Numbered from the stretch's first letter, positions 29,883 through 39,835 are shown. The stretch: 64,000 bases of DNA from Candidatus Latescibacterota bacterium (GCA_965200315.1 OZ241362.1:4768001-4832000); one strand, 5' to 3'. Notes: a model not told the origin generated them from the letters alone. Made by a program: numbers and translations.

Positions 29883-31802
29883 ATGCTACTAAAGACCTGT
29901 ATCCGACTTGTGCTAGCGCTCGCTTGGCTGACTAGCGGCGCAGACGCGCTGACGATTTATCGGATCGGTGGTTCGTCGCTGCCGAAGCCGGAGTTGGCCG
30001 AGGGCGTGGAATTTGTGCAGCTCGAATGGGAGGGGGTGGAAGCGGCGCAGCACGGCGCGGTCGAATCCCTGAAAACTGATGCGGACTTTATCGAGCCAGA
30101 GCAACTGGACCCGTCGGTGAACTTGACGCCGCGCCTCAAGGAACGCGGTGGCCGGGTGCAGACGCTGGTCTGGCGAGGCTGGGAGCGAAGCGGCGACACG
30201 GAGGCCGTGCTCTGGGACGAAGATGTAGAGACCGCCTTCTTGGGCGACGGGCATTGGACCACCTCGGGCATTGGCGTACGCAACAAGAGCCTAATTTTCG
30301 AGTTCGGAGGCAACTTCACGGTCGAGCGCGTCAAATTCTATCCACGCGAGCGCTTTGAAGAAGAGCGCTTTTTGCAGCGCTTTATCATCGGCGTCAGCGA
30401 CGGCAACCCGCTCAAGGAAGGTACGCGCGAATATACTGCGGGCACGCGCGGTTCTTTATTTGACTTCGACATCGTGCATCAGGCCACCGAGAACACGACC
30501 TCAGTGGTCGAGCTTGAGCTGCCGCCAGTGCCGATTCGCCGCATGCTCTTTGAAGCGCATGAAAACACCCAAGGCATCTGGGAAATCGCCGAGTTTGAAA
30601 TCTACGGCAAGGGCTTTACGCCAACGGCGCGCTACGTATCCAATGTCCTCGATTTGGGCGGGCGGGCGGCGCTGGGCGAATTGAGCTGGAGCAGCCAAGT
30701 CGATCCCGGGGCGCAAATCGAGCTCAGTATGCGCGCTGGCGACGACAGCGATCCCAACACCTATTGGCGCAGCACGTTCCGCGGCGATGAGCGGACTCGG
30801 CTGGATACTCGGGGGCGGCCTTTGACTCTGCGGTCGTACAATCGGCTGGAGAGAGCACAGCAGGCCGGTATCTCGCCCGATACGGAAAACTGGGAGGGCT
30901 GGAGCGCGGCCTACGACTTGACGCGGAGCAGCGTACCCATGCAGGGGACGCAACCGCGGCAATTCGTGCAGGTCCGGGCCAACTTCCGCTCCACCGTAGA
31001 GGCCGGTGGCCGGCTGAACTTCGTGCAATTTGCCGTGTCTAGGCCGCCGATGGCTTCCTTGGTGTTGGCCGAGATTGCGCCCGTCTTGGCGACCACGGGC
31101 GTGGCGACCGAGTTCACCTACATGCTCCTGCCGCGCCTAGAAGCCGAGGATTTGGGGTTCGACACCATTGAGATTGACACGCCGACTCAGGCGGCGGGCA
31201 TTGACGCGGTGCGCTATAGCGGCGAAGAGGTTGCCTTTGAGGTGCAGCGGCTCGATGAGCACGGCTTTGCGGTCGGCGTTCCGCGGATAGACCAAGCGCG
31301 CGATGGCGAGCTGATAGAGGTGGTCTTTCGCTGTGAGGTTTTCAAGTTTGGAACGCTGTTTTCGGGCCGCGTGTACGACAGCACTCGGCCGCAGGAGGTG
31401 CGCCAAGTGGTGACGCCGGGCGAGGTGGTTGAGTTGGTCGAGGGCAATACGCTGAGCGTGGGGCTGACTAATATCGCCGGGCAGGTGGTCGGTGCGCTCA
31501 AGCTCGTGCCAGCGGCGTTTACGCCCAATGGCGACCAGATCAACGATGCCGTGCGGATCGAATACGACCTGTTGAATGTGATCGGGAATGCCGAGGTCGC
31601 GGTGGTGATCTACGATTTGCCGGGGACGCGGATCGGCGAGGTTTTTCGCGGCCCGGCGCAGAGCGGCCAGTTTGCCGCCGAGTGGGACGGTCGGGATGGA
31701 ACGGGTGCCTTGCTCGCGCCGGGATTGTACGTGCTGCGCCTCGAGGTCGAGACCGACGGCGGCACCAAGGCCCGCTCGCGCATCGTCTCGCTGGTGTATT
31801 AA
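29883..31802 (+). CDS. Secreted discoidin-like + FlgD-Ig-like protein (paralog 2)
   Basis: Signal peptide; IAEFEIYG.GF, AEIAP, FTPNGD, WDGRD, ends VSLVY. Confidence 0.8.
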   Translation: MLLKTCIRLVLALAWLTSGADALTIYRIGGSSLPKPELAEGVEFVQLEWEGVEAAQHGAVESLKTDADFIEPEQLDPSVNLTPRLKERGGRVQTLVWRGWERSGDTEAVLWDEDVETAFLGDGHWTTSGIGVRNKSLIFEFGGNFTVERVKFYPRERFEEERFLQRFIIGVSDGNPLKEGTREYTAGTRGSLFDFDIVHQATENTTSVVELELPPVPIRRMLFEAHENTQGIWEIAEFEIYGKGFTPTARYVSNVLDLGGRAALGELSWSSQVDPGAQIELSMRAGDDSDPNTYWRSTFRGDERTRLDTRGRPLTLRSYNRLERAQQAGISPDTENWEGWSAAYDLTRSSVPMQGTQPRQFVQVRANFRSTVEAGGRLNFVQFAVSRPPMASLVLAEIAPVLATTGVATEFTYMLLPRLEAEDLGFDTIEIDTPTQAAGIDAVRYSGEEVAFEVQRLDEHGFAVGVPRIDQARDGELIEVVFRCEVFKFGTLFSGRVYDSTRPQEVRQVVTPGEVVELVEGNTLSVGLTNIAGQVVGALKLVPAAFTPNGDQINDAVRIEYDLLNVIGNAEVAVVIYDLPGTRIGEVFRGPAQSGQFAAEWDGRDGTGALLAPGLYVLRLEVETDGGTKARSRIVSLVY

Positions 31803-31816
31803 GAGGAGAGGGCCTT

Positions 31817-34432
31817 ATGAGCTACATCGCCGTTGTGTTGCTGTGGACAGCCGCAGCCCATGCCCAAGGAGGCGGCTACCGGCTCACCGCGGACCAGCTC
31901 GTCATTGACCGCGCCGTGCATTGGCGCGCTTGGGAGTTTCCGGTGGGCACCCTGGCGATTGACGCAAGCGGTGCGGTGACGCCGTTTGAGTTGCGCCGCC
32001 ATACCGACGCAACCAAGGACATCGTCCACTTCTTGCGCCTGCATCCGCCCGAAGACCTCGGGCGGGCGAAGGCAGCCGAGGAAATCGCGCTCGCGGATGC
32101 GATAGAAGCGGGTTCCAACGCGCCCGGCGTGCTCCAAGTGCTCGACGGGGATTTGGCGACCTACTGGGAGCCTGAGCGGGTCGCAGATGCTGCGGAGTTG
32201 GGTTCGCAGTGGTGGTTTACAATCGACTTAGGTCGGCTGGTCATTGCCAAGCGCATCGTACTCAAGTTCGTTGAGGAAAATTTAGGCGATCCCTTCCTGC
32301 AGTACGATGTGCTTATTTCCGACGGCGAGGTGCCGGAGAAGTTCATCGCTTCGGAGGAGCCGGAGTTCGATGTGGTGTGGCGCACGTTGAAGCCGAACAA
32401 GACCGAGCGATTGCTGGAAATTTCTCTCGGCGAGCAGGCCGAGGCCGAGGAGCAGGAACTATCGGATCAGCCGATCAATGCCCCGCCGACTTCGGCTATC
32501 TCGGTGGCGCAGAAAGAGTTTTCTGGCACTGGCGTGCGCTTAGTGCAGGTGGTGGTGCGAGGGTCGGACTTTGAGCGCGGGTTTGAGGTCAGCCCAGAGG
32601 AATACGAAGCGCTGCCCGCGGCCGAGCGGGGCGCGGTCGTCTATTACAAACTACAGCGCGACGGGCGGCTGACCGAGGTCGATGAGGCCGACTACGCGCA
32701 GCTTGCCGCCGACCAGCAGGGCGGGATCGCCTACTACCGCTGGGAGCGGCCGCGGCTGGCCGAACTTGAGGTGTGGCACGAGGGCGACGACGCGATGATT
32801 GCCGCCTTGGCTCGGGGCGGCGACGTCTTTGCCTCACAGGGGCTGCCGGTGGGGCGGACCATCGACGGCAACGTGCAGACCTACGTAGACCTGATCTTCT
32901 CCTTCGACCGCCAGACCATTCCCGGCCCCGAAGGCCACCTGAGCTTTGATTTGGGTTCGACCTACTGGATCGACACCTTCCGCATTGCCTACGGCGGCCA
33001 AGCGATCCGCGACCGCTTCAGCTTTCCCTCCTACCGCCTTGACGCCTCAGACGGCGCGCTCAACGCCGACGGTAGCCTCAAGTGGACAACCGTGGCCAGT
33101 CGCCAGCAGTCGAGTACTCGCAAGGAATATGAGGGCCACGACTTTGCGCTGACCAAGACGCGCTTTTTCCGCCTAGTGTGGGAGCAAATCATCGTGCCCG
33201 TCGGCGGGCACCGGGGGTTTCCCGCTTCGGTGCAGCTCTACGGCCGGGGGTTCCAGCCCGAGGTCTGGCTTGAGTCGGGCTTGGTGCGGCTGGGCGGGCG
33301 GCGGAATCTGTTGTCGATAGAGTGGGACGCGGATACGCCGCCGGGCACTAGTGTGCTGGTGCAGACGCGCACGGGCAATACGTTGAGCGAGGTGCTGCAC
33401 TATTTCAAGAAGGACGGCACGGAGATTTCCGAGAAGGAATACAACAACCCGACGCTGTTGGACATCTTCAAGGGGCCGATTGTTGCCGAGGAGGTGGAAG
33501 GGGACGACTGGAGCGGCTGGAGCCAGCCCTACGAGGACCCTGCGGGTAGCGCGATTGCTTCGCCTAGTCCGCGCGAGTTCCTCAAGGTGCGGGCGACCCT
33601 GCTGTCTGAGGCCCCAGACATCAGGGCTGAGCTGCGTGCGATCCGCCTCAATTTTACCAGTCCGGTGGCCCAAGGGCTGACGGGCGAGATTGCGCCGTTT
33701 AGGGTCGATTCGCTGGGCGTGGAGCGTCCCTTTTCCCTGTACGTGCGGCCGCAATTCGACCGCCGCGATCCTGGCTTCGATCAGTTGTTGCTGGTCGCGC
33801 CAGCGGATATGACGCTTGGTTTTGCCGGGCTGTACGCGGACCAGCGCACGGTGGAGGGCGTTGAGGTCATGCCCACGGGCGCGGACAGCTTGCGGCTAGC
33901 CTTTGCCGAGCTCCGGCCTGAGGTCGTGCGCCTCGATTTTCGCACCGCGCTTTTTGGCATGGGGGCGGTGCTGCGTGCGTCCTTACAGCACAGTGCCGAG
34001 GGCGAGGGCACTTGGCAGCGGGTGGATCCGGGCAACGCGCTCGACGAGGTGGTGGGCAATACGACGACGCTGGTGGGCGATCCGACGCGCGGGGAGCTGC
34101 TAAGCGACGTGGTGGTGCGCCCTCCGGCGTTTACGCCCAATGGCGACGGCGTCCATGATCATGCGGTTTTTGCCTGCAAGGTTGTGCGCTTGGACGACGA
34201 TGGCCCGTTGGAAGTGGCCATCTACGATCTGAGCGGCCGGCTGATGCGCCTGCTCGCCGAGCAACGATCGACGAGCACGGGCCAGTACGAGATTGCTTGG
34301 GACGGCACGGACGAGCAGGGGATGCGCGTTCCGCCGGGCGTCTATTGCGCGTTACTTAGGGTGGCGGTTGACGCCGGAGGATTGAGCGCGGCACGGACCA
34401 AGGTGTTGCGCACGGTGGCAGTGGCTTATTGA
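31817..34432 (+). CDS. Secreted tandem discoidin-like + FlgD-Ig-like protein (paralog 3)
   Basis: RBS GAGGAG; signal AHA; two DLG..I blocks, WSGWSQPY, FTPNGD, WDGTD, ends VAVAY. Confidence 0.8.
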   Translation: MSYIAVVLLWTAAAHAQGGGYRLTADQLVIDRAVHWRAWEFPVGTLAIDASGAVTPFELRRHTDATKDIVHFLRLHPPEDLGRAKAAEEIALADAIEAGSNAPGVLQVLDGDLATYWEPERVADAAELGSQWWFTIDLGRLVIAKRIVLKFVEENLGDPFLQYDVLISDGEVPEKFIASEEPEFDVVWRTLKPNKTERLLEISLGEQAEAEEQELSDQPINAPPTSAISVAQKEFSGTGVRLVQVVVRGSDFERGFEVSPEEYEALPAAERGAVVYYKLQRDGRLTEVDEADYAQLAADQQGGIAYYRWERPRLAELEVWHEGDDAMIAALARGGDVFASQGLPVGRTIDGNVQTYVDLIFSFDRQTIPGPEGHLSFDLGSTYWIDTFRIAYGGQAIRDRFSFPSYRLDASDGALNADGSLKWTTVASRQQSSTRKEYEGHDFALTKTRFFRLVWEQIIVPVGGHRGFPASVQLYGRGFQPEVWLESGLVRLGGRRNLLSIEWDADTPPGTSVLVQTRTGNTLSEVLHYFKKDGTEISEKEYNNPTLLDIFKGPIVAEEVEGDDWSGWSQPYEDPAGSAIASPSPREFLKVRATLLSEAPDIRAELRAIRLNFTSPVAQGLTGEIAPFRVDSLGVERPFSLYVRPQFDRRDPGFDQLLLVAPADMTLGFAGLYADQRTVEGVEVMPTGADSLRLAFAELRPEVVRLDFRTALFGMGAVLRASLQHSAEGEGTWQRVDPGNALDEVVGNTTTLVGDPTRGELLSDVVVRPPAFTPNGDGVHDHAVFACKVVRLDDDGPLEVAIYDLSGRLMRLLAEQRSTSTGQYEIAWDGTDEQGMRVPPGVYCALLRVAVDAGGLSAARTKVLRTVAVAY

Positions 34433-35295
34433 AGGCATGACCATGCACTGCTTAACATCCGGCAAGTGCAATTAGTGCCTTCTGGAGTAAAGATAACATT
34501 CTGCCAACAGAAGTCTGCGATAATATGGGATACCGGTAACTTCAACACTGCTGATGACCGACGACAAAAATGGCTGAACGACAAGGCAGCTCGACCGTCC
34601 TGCAATGTGGCTGGCCAAGAGGCGGAACGCTATTCCGCTTCCAAGACTTCCGGCTCTAGTTGATACCAGAACACCTCGCCGGATTCCAAGTCCGGCTCCT
34701 CAAACGGCTCAAAGCCCCTAAGCTCGAGGGCGTCTCGCCCGCGCAAAACGCTTAACGCCAAGGCCACGGGCCCGCTCACACCAAGCAATCCAATGGGGGT
34801 TTTCAGACGGCTTCTAAGCGGGCTGTTTTCGCTTGCATTCGAGCAGATAAGTGAATGTTCGCTAACGGGAGGAATTTTCAAGGCATTGGGAGCTTGTTCT
34901 GCGCTGCCCCTTCGTGTGGAGGCGAGGACGGCAGGCGATTGATGGGCGTCGACTTGACATTTGACATAAGTGATTAATGGCGACACTCTAATCCGAGTTC
35001 ACTTGGGAAGATGATCACAGCGACATTAAATGTGCTTTGAAAGGTAATCCTGATGCTGCGGACAGTGAGAGCTTCATATCCGATCTGCATCGCATTTCCG
35101 GAGTGATAGTGGTGGGAAATGCATGCCTGGGAGCAGCGAGAAGGGCACCGATCAAACTGTTCAGAAACGGGAACAAGGAGATACCTAATTTTTTGCCTTT
35201 TCTCGGAGAAGAGCAGACATTAGGAAACCTGCTTTGATGACCCGAGCGATCGAAGCGAATTGGCAAGGGTCCCAAGATGTGAAAGGAGCCGTAAT

Positions 35296-35760
35296 ATGAC
35301 ACGGGAAAAGACGCGCAAAGACGATGCAAAACGTCTTTCCAAGGCGTTTCCTGATTCCTTAGTTGGTCTTAAACAAATCGCTGAAGATGCAATGAAAGAG
35401 GACTTACCGGTCCAACTCGCCAATGCCCTACGCGACCTTGACGAGTTAAACGACGAAGCGGCTGAAGAAGGAATTGAGCCACCTTCCGAATCGGCTATTG
35501 CCAATGCAAATCGTCTGCTGAGAGCGATATATGACATATTACCACGTCAATATCTGGTAGAGCTCCTACCGGAGGGGATTATTGCCATCACGGTGCCCGG
35601 TGGGTTTCGGCGTTCAGTTATGTTGCTGTGCGAATCCGACAGCGGTGCCCTGTGCTCAGTCAACATGAGCGGCAAACATCGACGCAAACGGTATGCACAC
35701 GCAGACCAACTACCGGATAGATTTCTGAGCGAAGCCTTGAGTGAACTGGGACGGGGGTAG
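35296..35760 (+). CDS. Hypothetical protein, candidate antitoxin/immunity protein
   Basis: RBS GAAAGGAG; EEGIEPPSESAIANA...LPEGIIAI; 5 bp upstream of next ORF. Confidence 0.6.
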   Translation: MTREKTRKDDAKRLSKAFPDSLVGLKQIAEDAMKEDLPVQLANALRDLDELNDEAAEEGIEPPSESAIANANRLLRAIYDILPRQYLVELLPEGIIAITVPGGFRRSVMLLCESDSGALCSVNMSGKHRRKRYAHADQLPDRFLSEALSELGRG

Positions 35761-35765
35761 AATAG

Positions 35766-36215
35766 TTGGACCGAATAAGCCTCCCTCGGAGTATTTCCTC
35801 GGACGAGACTTTGGGGCGGGGCGTATTTTCAAGCAAACAGGCACGTCAAGCTACAAACGGAACCGTGCCCCGCCGTGTATTTCTTGAACGGCATGGGGAA
35901 GTGAGTATCTCCGTTGACCGGCTTGATTTTGCGGAACCTGAAGAGATGGCGACACTTGGCGACAAAGTAGCAGTTGGCCGCAGTGTAGATCGTACGGTCT
36001 CATTTTATGGCTGGGCCGTCATTGCCGCGGAAGATGCCGGAAGCGATGAGCGGCAAGTGGTTGCCACTCCACAACCCGATAATCCATACCATACAGACAT
36101 TATCCTGCCCGACTCCACGGCGGAGGAGCGCGACGAACAAATTCGTCACGCCCAAGAGTTGGCGGATGCGTCCCGCTGGCGTGAACGCCCGGACTCCACG
36201 AAAATTGGCGAATGA
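35766..36215 (+). CDS. Hypothetical protein, candidate ART-fold (Tse2/RES-like) toxin
   Basis: ETLGRGVF, SISVDR, FYGWA, TPQPDNPYHTDI pattern. Confidence 0.5.
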   Translation: MDRISLPRSISSDETLGRGVFSSKQARQATNGTVPRRVFLERHGEVSISVDRLDFAEPEEMATLGDKVAVGRSVDRTVSFYGWAVIAAEDAGSDERQVVATPQPDNPYHTDIILPDSTAEERDEQIRHAQELADASRWRERPDSTKIGE

Positions 36216-36241
36216 ATCTTTTTATGGAGAAAGAAACAGCG

Positions 36242-36270
36242 ATGAGTAATAAACCTAATATTCTTTTTTT
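36242..36270 (+). pseudogene. Displaced 5' end of the sulfatase gene
   Basis: RBS GGAG then ATGAGTAATAAACCTAATATTCTTTTT = MSNKPNILF, joining LMADQ beyond the IS. Confidence 0.85.
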
Positions 36271-36293
36271 TCGGAATTTCCTAATTTAAGGTC

Positions 36294-36322
36294 TTGACTT
36301 TCCATTTTGCAACCCCTATTTT
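36294..36322 (+). promoter_or_regulatory. Inward sigma70 promoter for the R-M genes
   Basis: TTGACT-17bp-TATTTT at the inner edge of the left TIR. Confidence 0.55.
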
Positions 36323-36358
36323 ACGGGCTATCCGCTACGGCTAAACGAAAGGAAAATA

Positions 36359-37177
36359 ATGAAGTCCGACTGGATGAATGACGTTCATATCGGAAACTGC
36401 CTTGATGTTATGCAGGATTTCCCAGACGAAAGCATTGATCTTATCGTAACTTCTCCGCCCTATGCCGACGCGAGAAAACACACCTATGGAGGCGTCCACC
36501 CCGATCTCTATGTCGAATGGTTTCTTCCGATAGGAGAGCAGATGCTACGAGTGCTAAAGCCATCGGGTTCCTTTGTGCTGAACATCAAAGAAAGGGCCGC
36601 CAATGGAGAAAGACACCTCTACGTCTTAGACCTGATAAGTGCGCTCAAAAGAGAAGTCGGTTTCAGGTGGGTCGAGGAGTATATCTGGCACAAGACGACA
36701 TCGGCACCCGGCAAGTGGAAGTATCGGTTTCGAGATGGATGGGAAAGACTTTTGCATTTTTCCAAGACCAACGAGTTCAAAATGAACCAAGAAAACGTCA
36801 TGGTGCCAGCCGGAGAATGGACAAAAGCTCGACTAAAGAACATGGGTGAAAGAGATTACACACGTAATAATTCTGCGACCAAATCAGGGATTGGTCGCAA
36901 CATCTCCGCTTGGTCTGGTCGAGAAAAGGTGTATCCTAGCAACGTCCTACACAAAGCACCCGTCTGCCATAATACCGGTCATTCTGCGGCCTTTCCCGAA
37001 TGGCTACCAACCTTTTTTATCGAACTATTCACGGATCCCGGTGATGTTGTCCTAGATCCCTTTCTTGGATCAGGAACAACTTTTAGAGTTGCCCTGAAGC
37101 TCAATCGCACCCCTGTCGGCATTGAGCTAGAAGCCGAAAACGTAAAGGATACTGCATATGCTCCCTTGGGTTTCTGA
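36359..37177 (+). CDS. Beta-class amino DNA methyltransferase (N4-C likely)
   Basis: IVTSPPY motif IV preceding DPFLGSGTT motif I; HSAAFP. Confidence 0.93.
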   Translation: MKSDWMNDVHIGNCLDVMQDFPDESIDLIVTSPPYADARKHTYGGVHPDLYVEWFLPIGEQMLRVLKPSGSFVLNIKERAANGERHLYVLDLISALKREVGFRWVEEYIWHKTTSAPGKWKYRFRDGWERLLHFSKTNEFKMNQENVMVPAGEWTKARLKNMGERDYTRNNSATKSGIGRNISAWSGREKVYPSNVLHKAPVCHNTGHSAAFPEWLPTFFIELFTDPGDVVLDPFLGSGTTFRVALKLNRTPVGIELEAENVKDTAYAPLGF

Positions 37178-37793
37178 GGCTGACTTTGAGCGAGAACTTG
37201 AACGGCTGAAAACAAGCTACAAAGACGCACTCAATAAGGCGGAGGAGAGAAGAAAAAGGAATGTCGTTGATCCGTTTTCAAGTCTTATGATTGCAGAAAC
37301 ATTCGGAATGACGACAGCCGAAGAATTGAGCTTCTCACAAGACACTGAATCTGCCACGCGAGGATCGAGCAATGCAATAGGCCACTTTCACCAAGGGATA
37401 CTAGGGTCCGTAGCAGGGTGGGAAAACTATAATCGTGGCTATGATTTGAGGTCTGAAAAACAAAAGATGATTGTTGAGCTAAAGAATAAGCACAACACCT
37501 TGAATGATAACGACAAAAAAGGCACTATACGAAAACTGTCTAGCTCAATTAGCAGAGAACCGACTGACTGGACAGCCGCCCTTGTCTTAATCATTCCCAA
37601 AACGCCCATACGATACCAAACAACCATCGCACACAGAGTTATTGAGATGGAAGGCGCGAGCTTCTATCACTTAGTCACTGGACATCGTAATGCCATTCAC
37701 CAACTCTTTGAACATCTATCCAATAGATTATCTCCCTCCGATGAAATCAGACGATATTGCAAGGCTATTTTAGACCATTCATTGCCACCATGA
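37158..37793 (+). CDS. Eco47II-family type II restriction endonuclease
   Basis: NVVDPF, NAIGHFHQGILG, YDL...ELKNKHNT (PD-ExK); overlaps MTase by 20 bp. Confidence 0.8.
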   Translation: MLPWVSEADFERELERLKTSYKDALNKAEERRKRNVVDPFSSLMIAETFGMTTAEELSFSQDTESATRGSSNAIGHFHQGILGSVAGWENYNRGYDLRSEKQKMIVELKNKHNTLNDNDKKGTIRKLSSSISREPTDWTAALVLIIPKTPIRYQTTIAHRVIEMEGASFYHLVTGHRNAIHQLFEHLSNRLSPSDEIRRYCKAILDHSLPP

Positions 37794-37999
37794 AAAGTAG
37801 AGACAGGCGAAATAGGAGCCGCAGACAATGCGGAAACATCAGGGAAAACGGAAAGAGATGTGGAAATAGAACATCAAACTTTGAAGATGCCCTATATTGC
37901 CCGCGCTGTGATATAGCATTGATGCAAAAAGATCATCCTTTATTAGACGCCTTTGAATCCATTTTAGACAGCGAATCTTCTCGTTACTCAATCCTCTAA
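37790..37999 (+). CDS. Small Cys-rich basic protein (possible zinc binder)
   Basis: ATGA coupling to REase; CGNIRENGKRC...YCPRC. Confidence 0.5.
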   Translation: MKSRDRRNRSRRQCGNIRENGKRCGNRTSNFEDALYCPRCDIALMQKDHPLLDAFESILDSESSRYSIL

Positions 38000-38893
38000 C
38001 AATAACTCAAGTTGCTGCTCGCCCTTTGGAAGTGCTCGATTCAGATTACGCATAAAGATGTTCCAGTTAGACGATGCCTTCATCAAGGCAGCAACGGCGG
38101 CCAGATGCTCTTTGAGCTTGGGGTGGCCCAGATCGGGTGTGAACCACTGGTGGTGCGTGTTGCGGCGACCCTTGCCGCTGGGGAGCGTAGGATTGACACG
38201 CCGCAGCTCGTCGAGGACGCCCGGCGCTAGGCGACTGTACACAATGTCATTGGTGTAATGGCCTATTACGGACGGCCGCGCAACACCATTGGGGCCGGGC
38301 CAGCCCTTGAGGCGAAATATCTGATTGTAGAACTCGTAGGGAAATGTCTTGGTCCAAGGTTGAAACTCTTTGGCGATGAACTTCTCAAGAATGGTTGCAA
38401 GGGCGCGTTCTTCGCGTATGCGCTGGTAGCCCGTCGCCTCGTCCACAAGGGCAATTACGCCCACTGTGGCAAGGCTACGCATAAGTATCTCGGCCTGAAC
38501 TGCGACATGAGCTTGATTAGGTAGCAGCATATTAGCATCGCGGGCTTTGAGATACACTTCACAAACTTGGGGCAGTAGAATCGCATCATATCCAAGCGCA
38601 ATTCTTCCTCCTGTTGGGAGTCTAAATCTAACCGGAGTTAGCGACTTGCTTAAAGTATTGGAAATGAATGGTTTAAGGCGTTCAGAGCGCAAAAAAGCGG
38701 GCAAGTCTGCGACTTGCTGCTCTGCTCCGGGGCCTGTAGGCTTGGGAGAACGCCCTAGTGCCTCTGAAAATCCTGCTTGAGTAAGAACGCGCGTTTCATC
38801 TTCCAGCACATAGCAAGGTATTTCAACTTCGCCGATTACCAAAGGTCGATCTGGTGCTCCGGCGATTACTTTCAGCGGTTCCTGTTTGCTCAT
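37988..38893 (-). CDS. P63C domain protein
   Basis: IPCYVLED.TRVL, VGVIALVDEATGYQ, WTKTFP.EFY, HHQWFT..GHPKL. Confidence 0.88.
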   Translation of the reverse strand: MSKQEPLKVIAGAPDRPLVIGEVEIPCYVLEDETRVLTQAGFSEALGRSPKPTGPGAEQQVADLPAFLRSERLKPFISNTLSKSLTPVRFRLPTGGRIALGYDAILLPQVCEVYLKARDANMLLPNQAHVAVQAEILMRSLATVGVIALVDEATGYQRIREERALATILEKFIAKEFQPWTKTFPYEFYNQIFRLKGWPGPNGVARPSVIGHYTNDIVYSRLAPGVLDELRRVNPTLPSGKGRRNTHHQWFTPDLGHPKLKEHLAAVAALMKASSNWNIFMRNLNRALPKGEQQLELLLED

Positions 38894-38895
38894 CT

Positions 38896-39777
38896 TTACA
38901 CTCCCAATGCTCGATTGATCGTGAGGTTAAAAGCGAACTCAGGCGTTGCTCTGCGGAGGTTGTAGCGATAGCAAAACTCATCGACGTAGCGTTGTAGGTG
39001 TCGCCTCGATACACTGTGGAACTGGCCGAACATGCCACGCTTGAGCAGTGCCCAAAAACTCTCGATGGTGTTGGTGTGAACATCGCCGTCCACGTACCAA
39101 TCAGAATGGCGGATCACCGAATGAGGGAGCACCTTAGACATACCCATGTAGGCTTTGTACTCGTCGGTGTAGAGGCTCGATTCCTCGGTGTTGACGTGCT
39201 GGCGGACGAAAGCCCGCATATTGCGACCCTTCATGTTCTTCTTATCGACGGCTTTGGCCGCGACCGAGCCTTCACGCTCAACGGCTCCAATGACAGGGGC
39301 TTTCTTTGTGCCGCGACCGGGCTTATGCTTGCCATCTTTCCCATCGCCCTTAGTGCCTTTGCGGGGCTTACCTCCGATATAGGTTTCATCCATCTCGACG
39401 ATACCTTGCAAGATGTTGCGATGCTCGACTTGGTTCATCGCTTTACGAATTTGCATGTTCATTCGCCAAGCCGTGTTCTTGTTCACTTTTAGATCGCGGG
39501 AAAGTTGGAGCGCAGAGATTCCCTTCTTGGCATTAATCATCAGCATAATTGCCAAGAACCACTTTTGTAGGGGTAAATGAGTATGGTGAAAGATGGTGCC
39601 GACCGTTACACTAAACGAGGTTTTACAGTTGTAGCAACGGTGGCGATGTTCTGCGGGGGCCGTGCGCTCGCTCTGGCAATAGGGGCAAACAACCGTATCG
39701 CCCCAACGCACTTTTTCGAGATACTTGATGCAGGATTCTTGAGTAGGGAACTGCTCGAAAACTTCTAAGATGTTCAT
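38896..39777 (-). CDS. IS1595-family DDE transposase
   Basis: CPYC..CYNC zinc ribbon, VEMDETYIGG, YTDE, HTNTIESFWALLKR, YVDEFCYRYN. Confidence 0.95.
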   Translation of the reverse strand: MNILEVFEQFPTQESCIKYLEKVRWGDTVVCPYCQSERTAPAEHRHRCYNCKTSFSVTVGTIFHHTHLPLQKWFLAIMLMINAKKGISALQLSRDLKVNKNTAWRMNMQIRKAMNQVEHRNILQGIVEMDETYIGGKPRKGTKGDGKDGKHKPGRGTKKAPVIGAVEREGSVAAKAVDKKNMKGRNMRAFVRQHVNTEESSLYTDEYKAYMGMSKVLPHSVIRHSDWYVDGDVHTNTIESFWALLKRGMFGQFHSVSRRHLQRYVDEFCYRYNLRRATPEFAFNLTINRALGV

Positions 39778-39806
39778 GGCATCTTCTCCTATCATTAACT
39801 ACATAG

Positions 39807-39835
39807 AAGATACCAAAAACAGGCAAAGAAGTCAA
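39807..39835 (-). promoter_or_regulatory. Inward sigma70 promoter for the transposase
   Basis: TTGACT-17bp-TATCTT, followed by RBS AGGAG. Confidence 0.55.

Noticed and set aside
34466-35237. Short ORFs downstream of the envelope cluster
   Set aside because: No recognisable motifs or clear RBS; probably decayed foreign DNA that I cannot assign.
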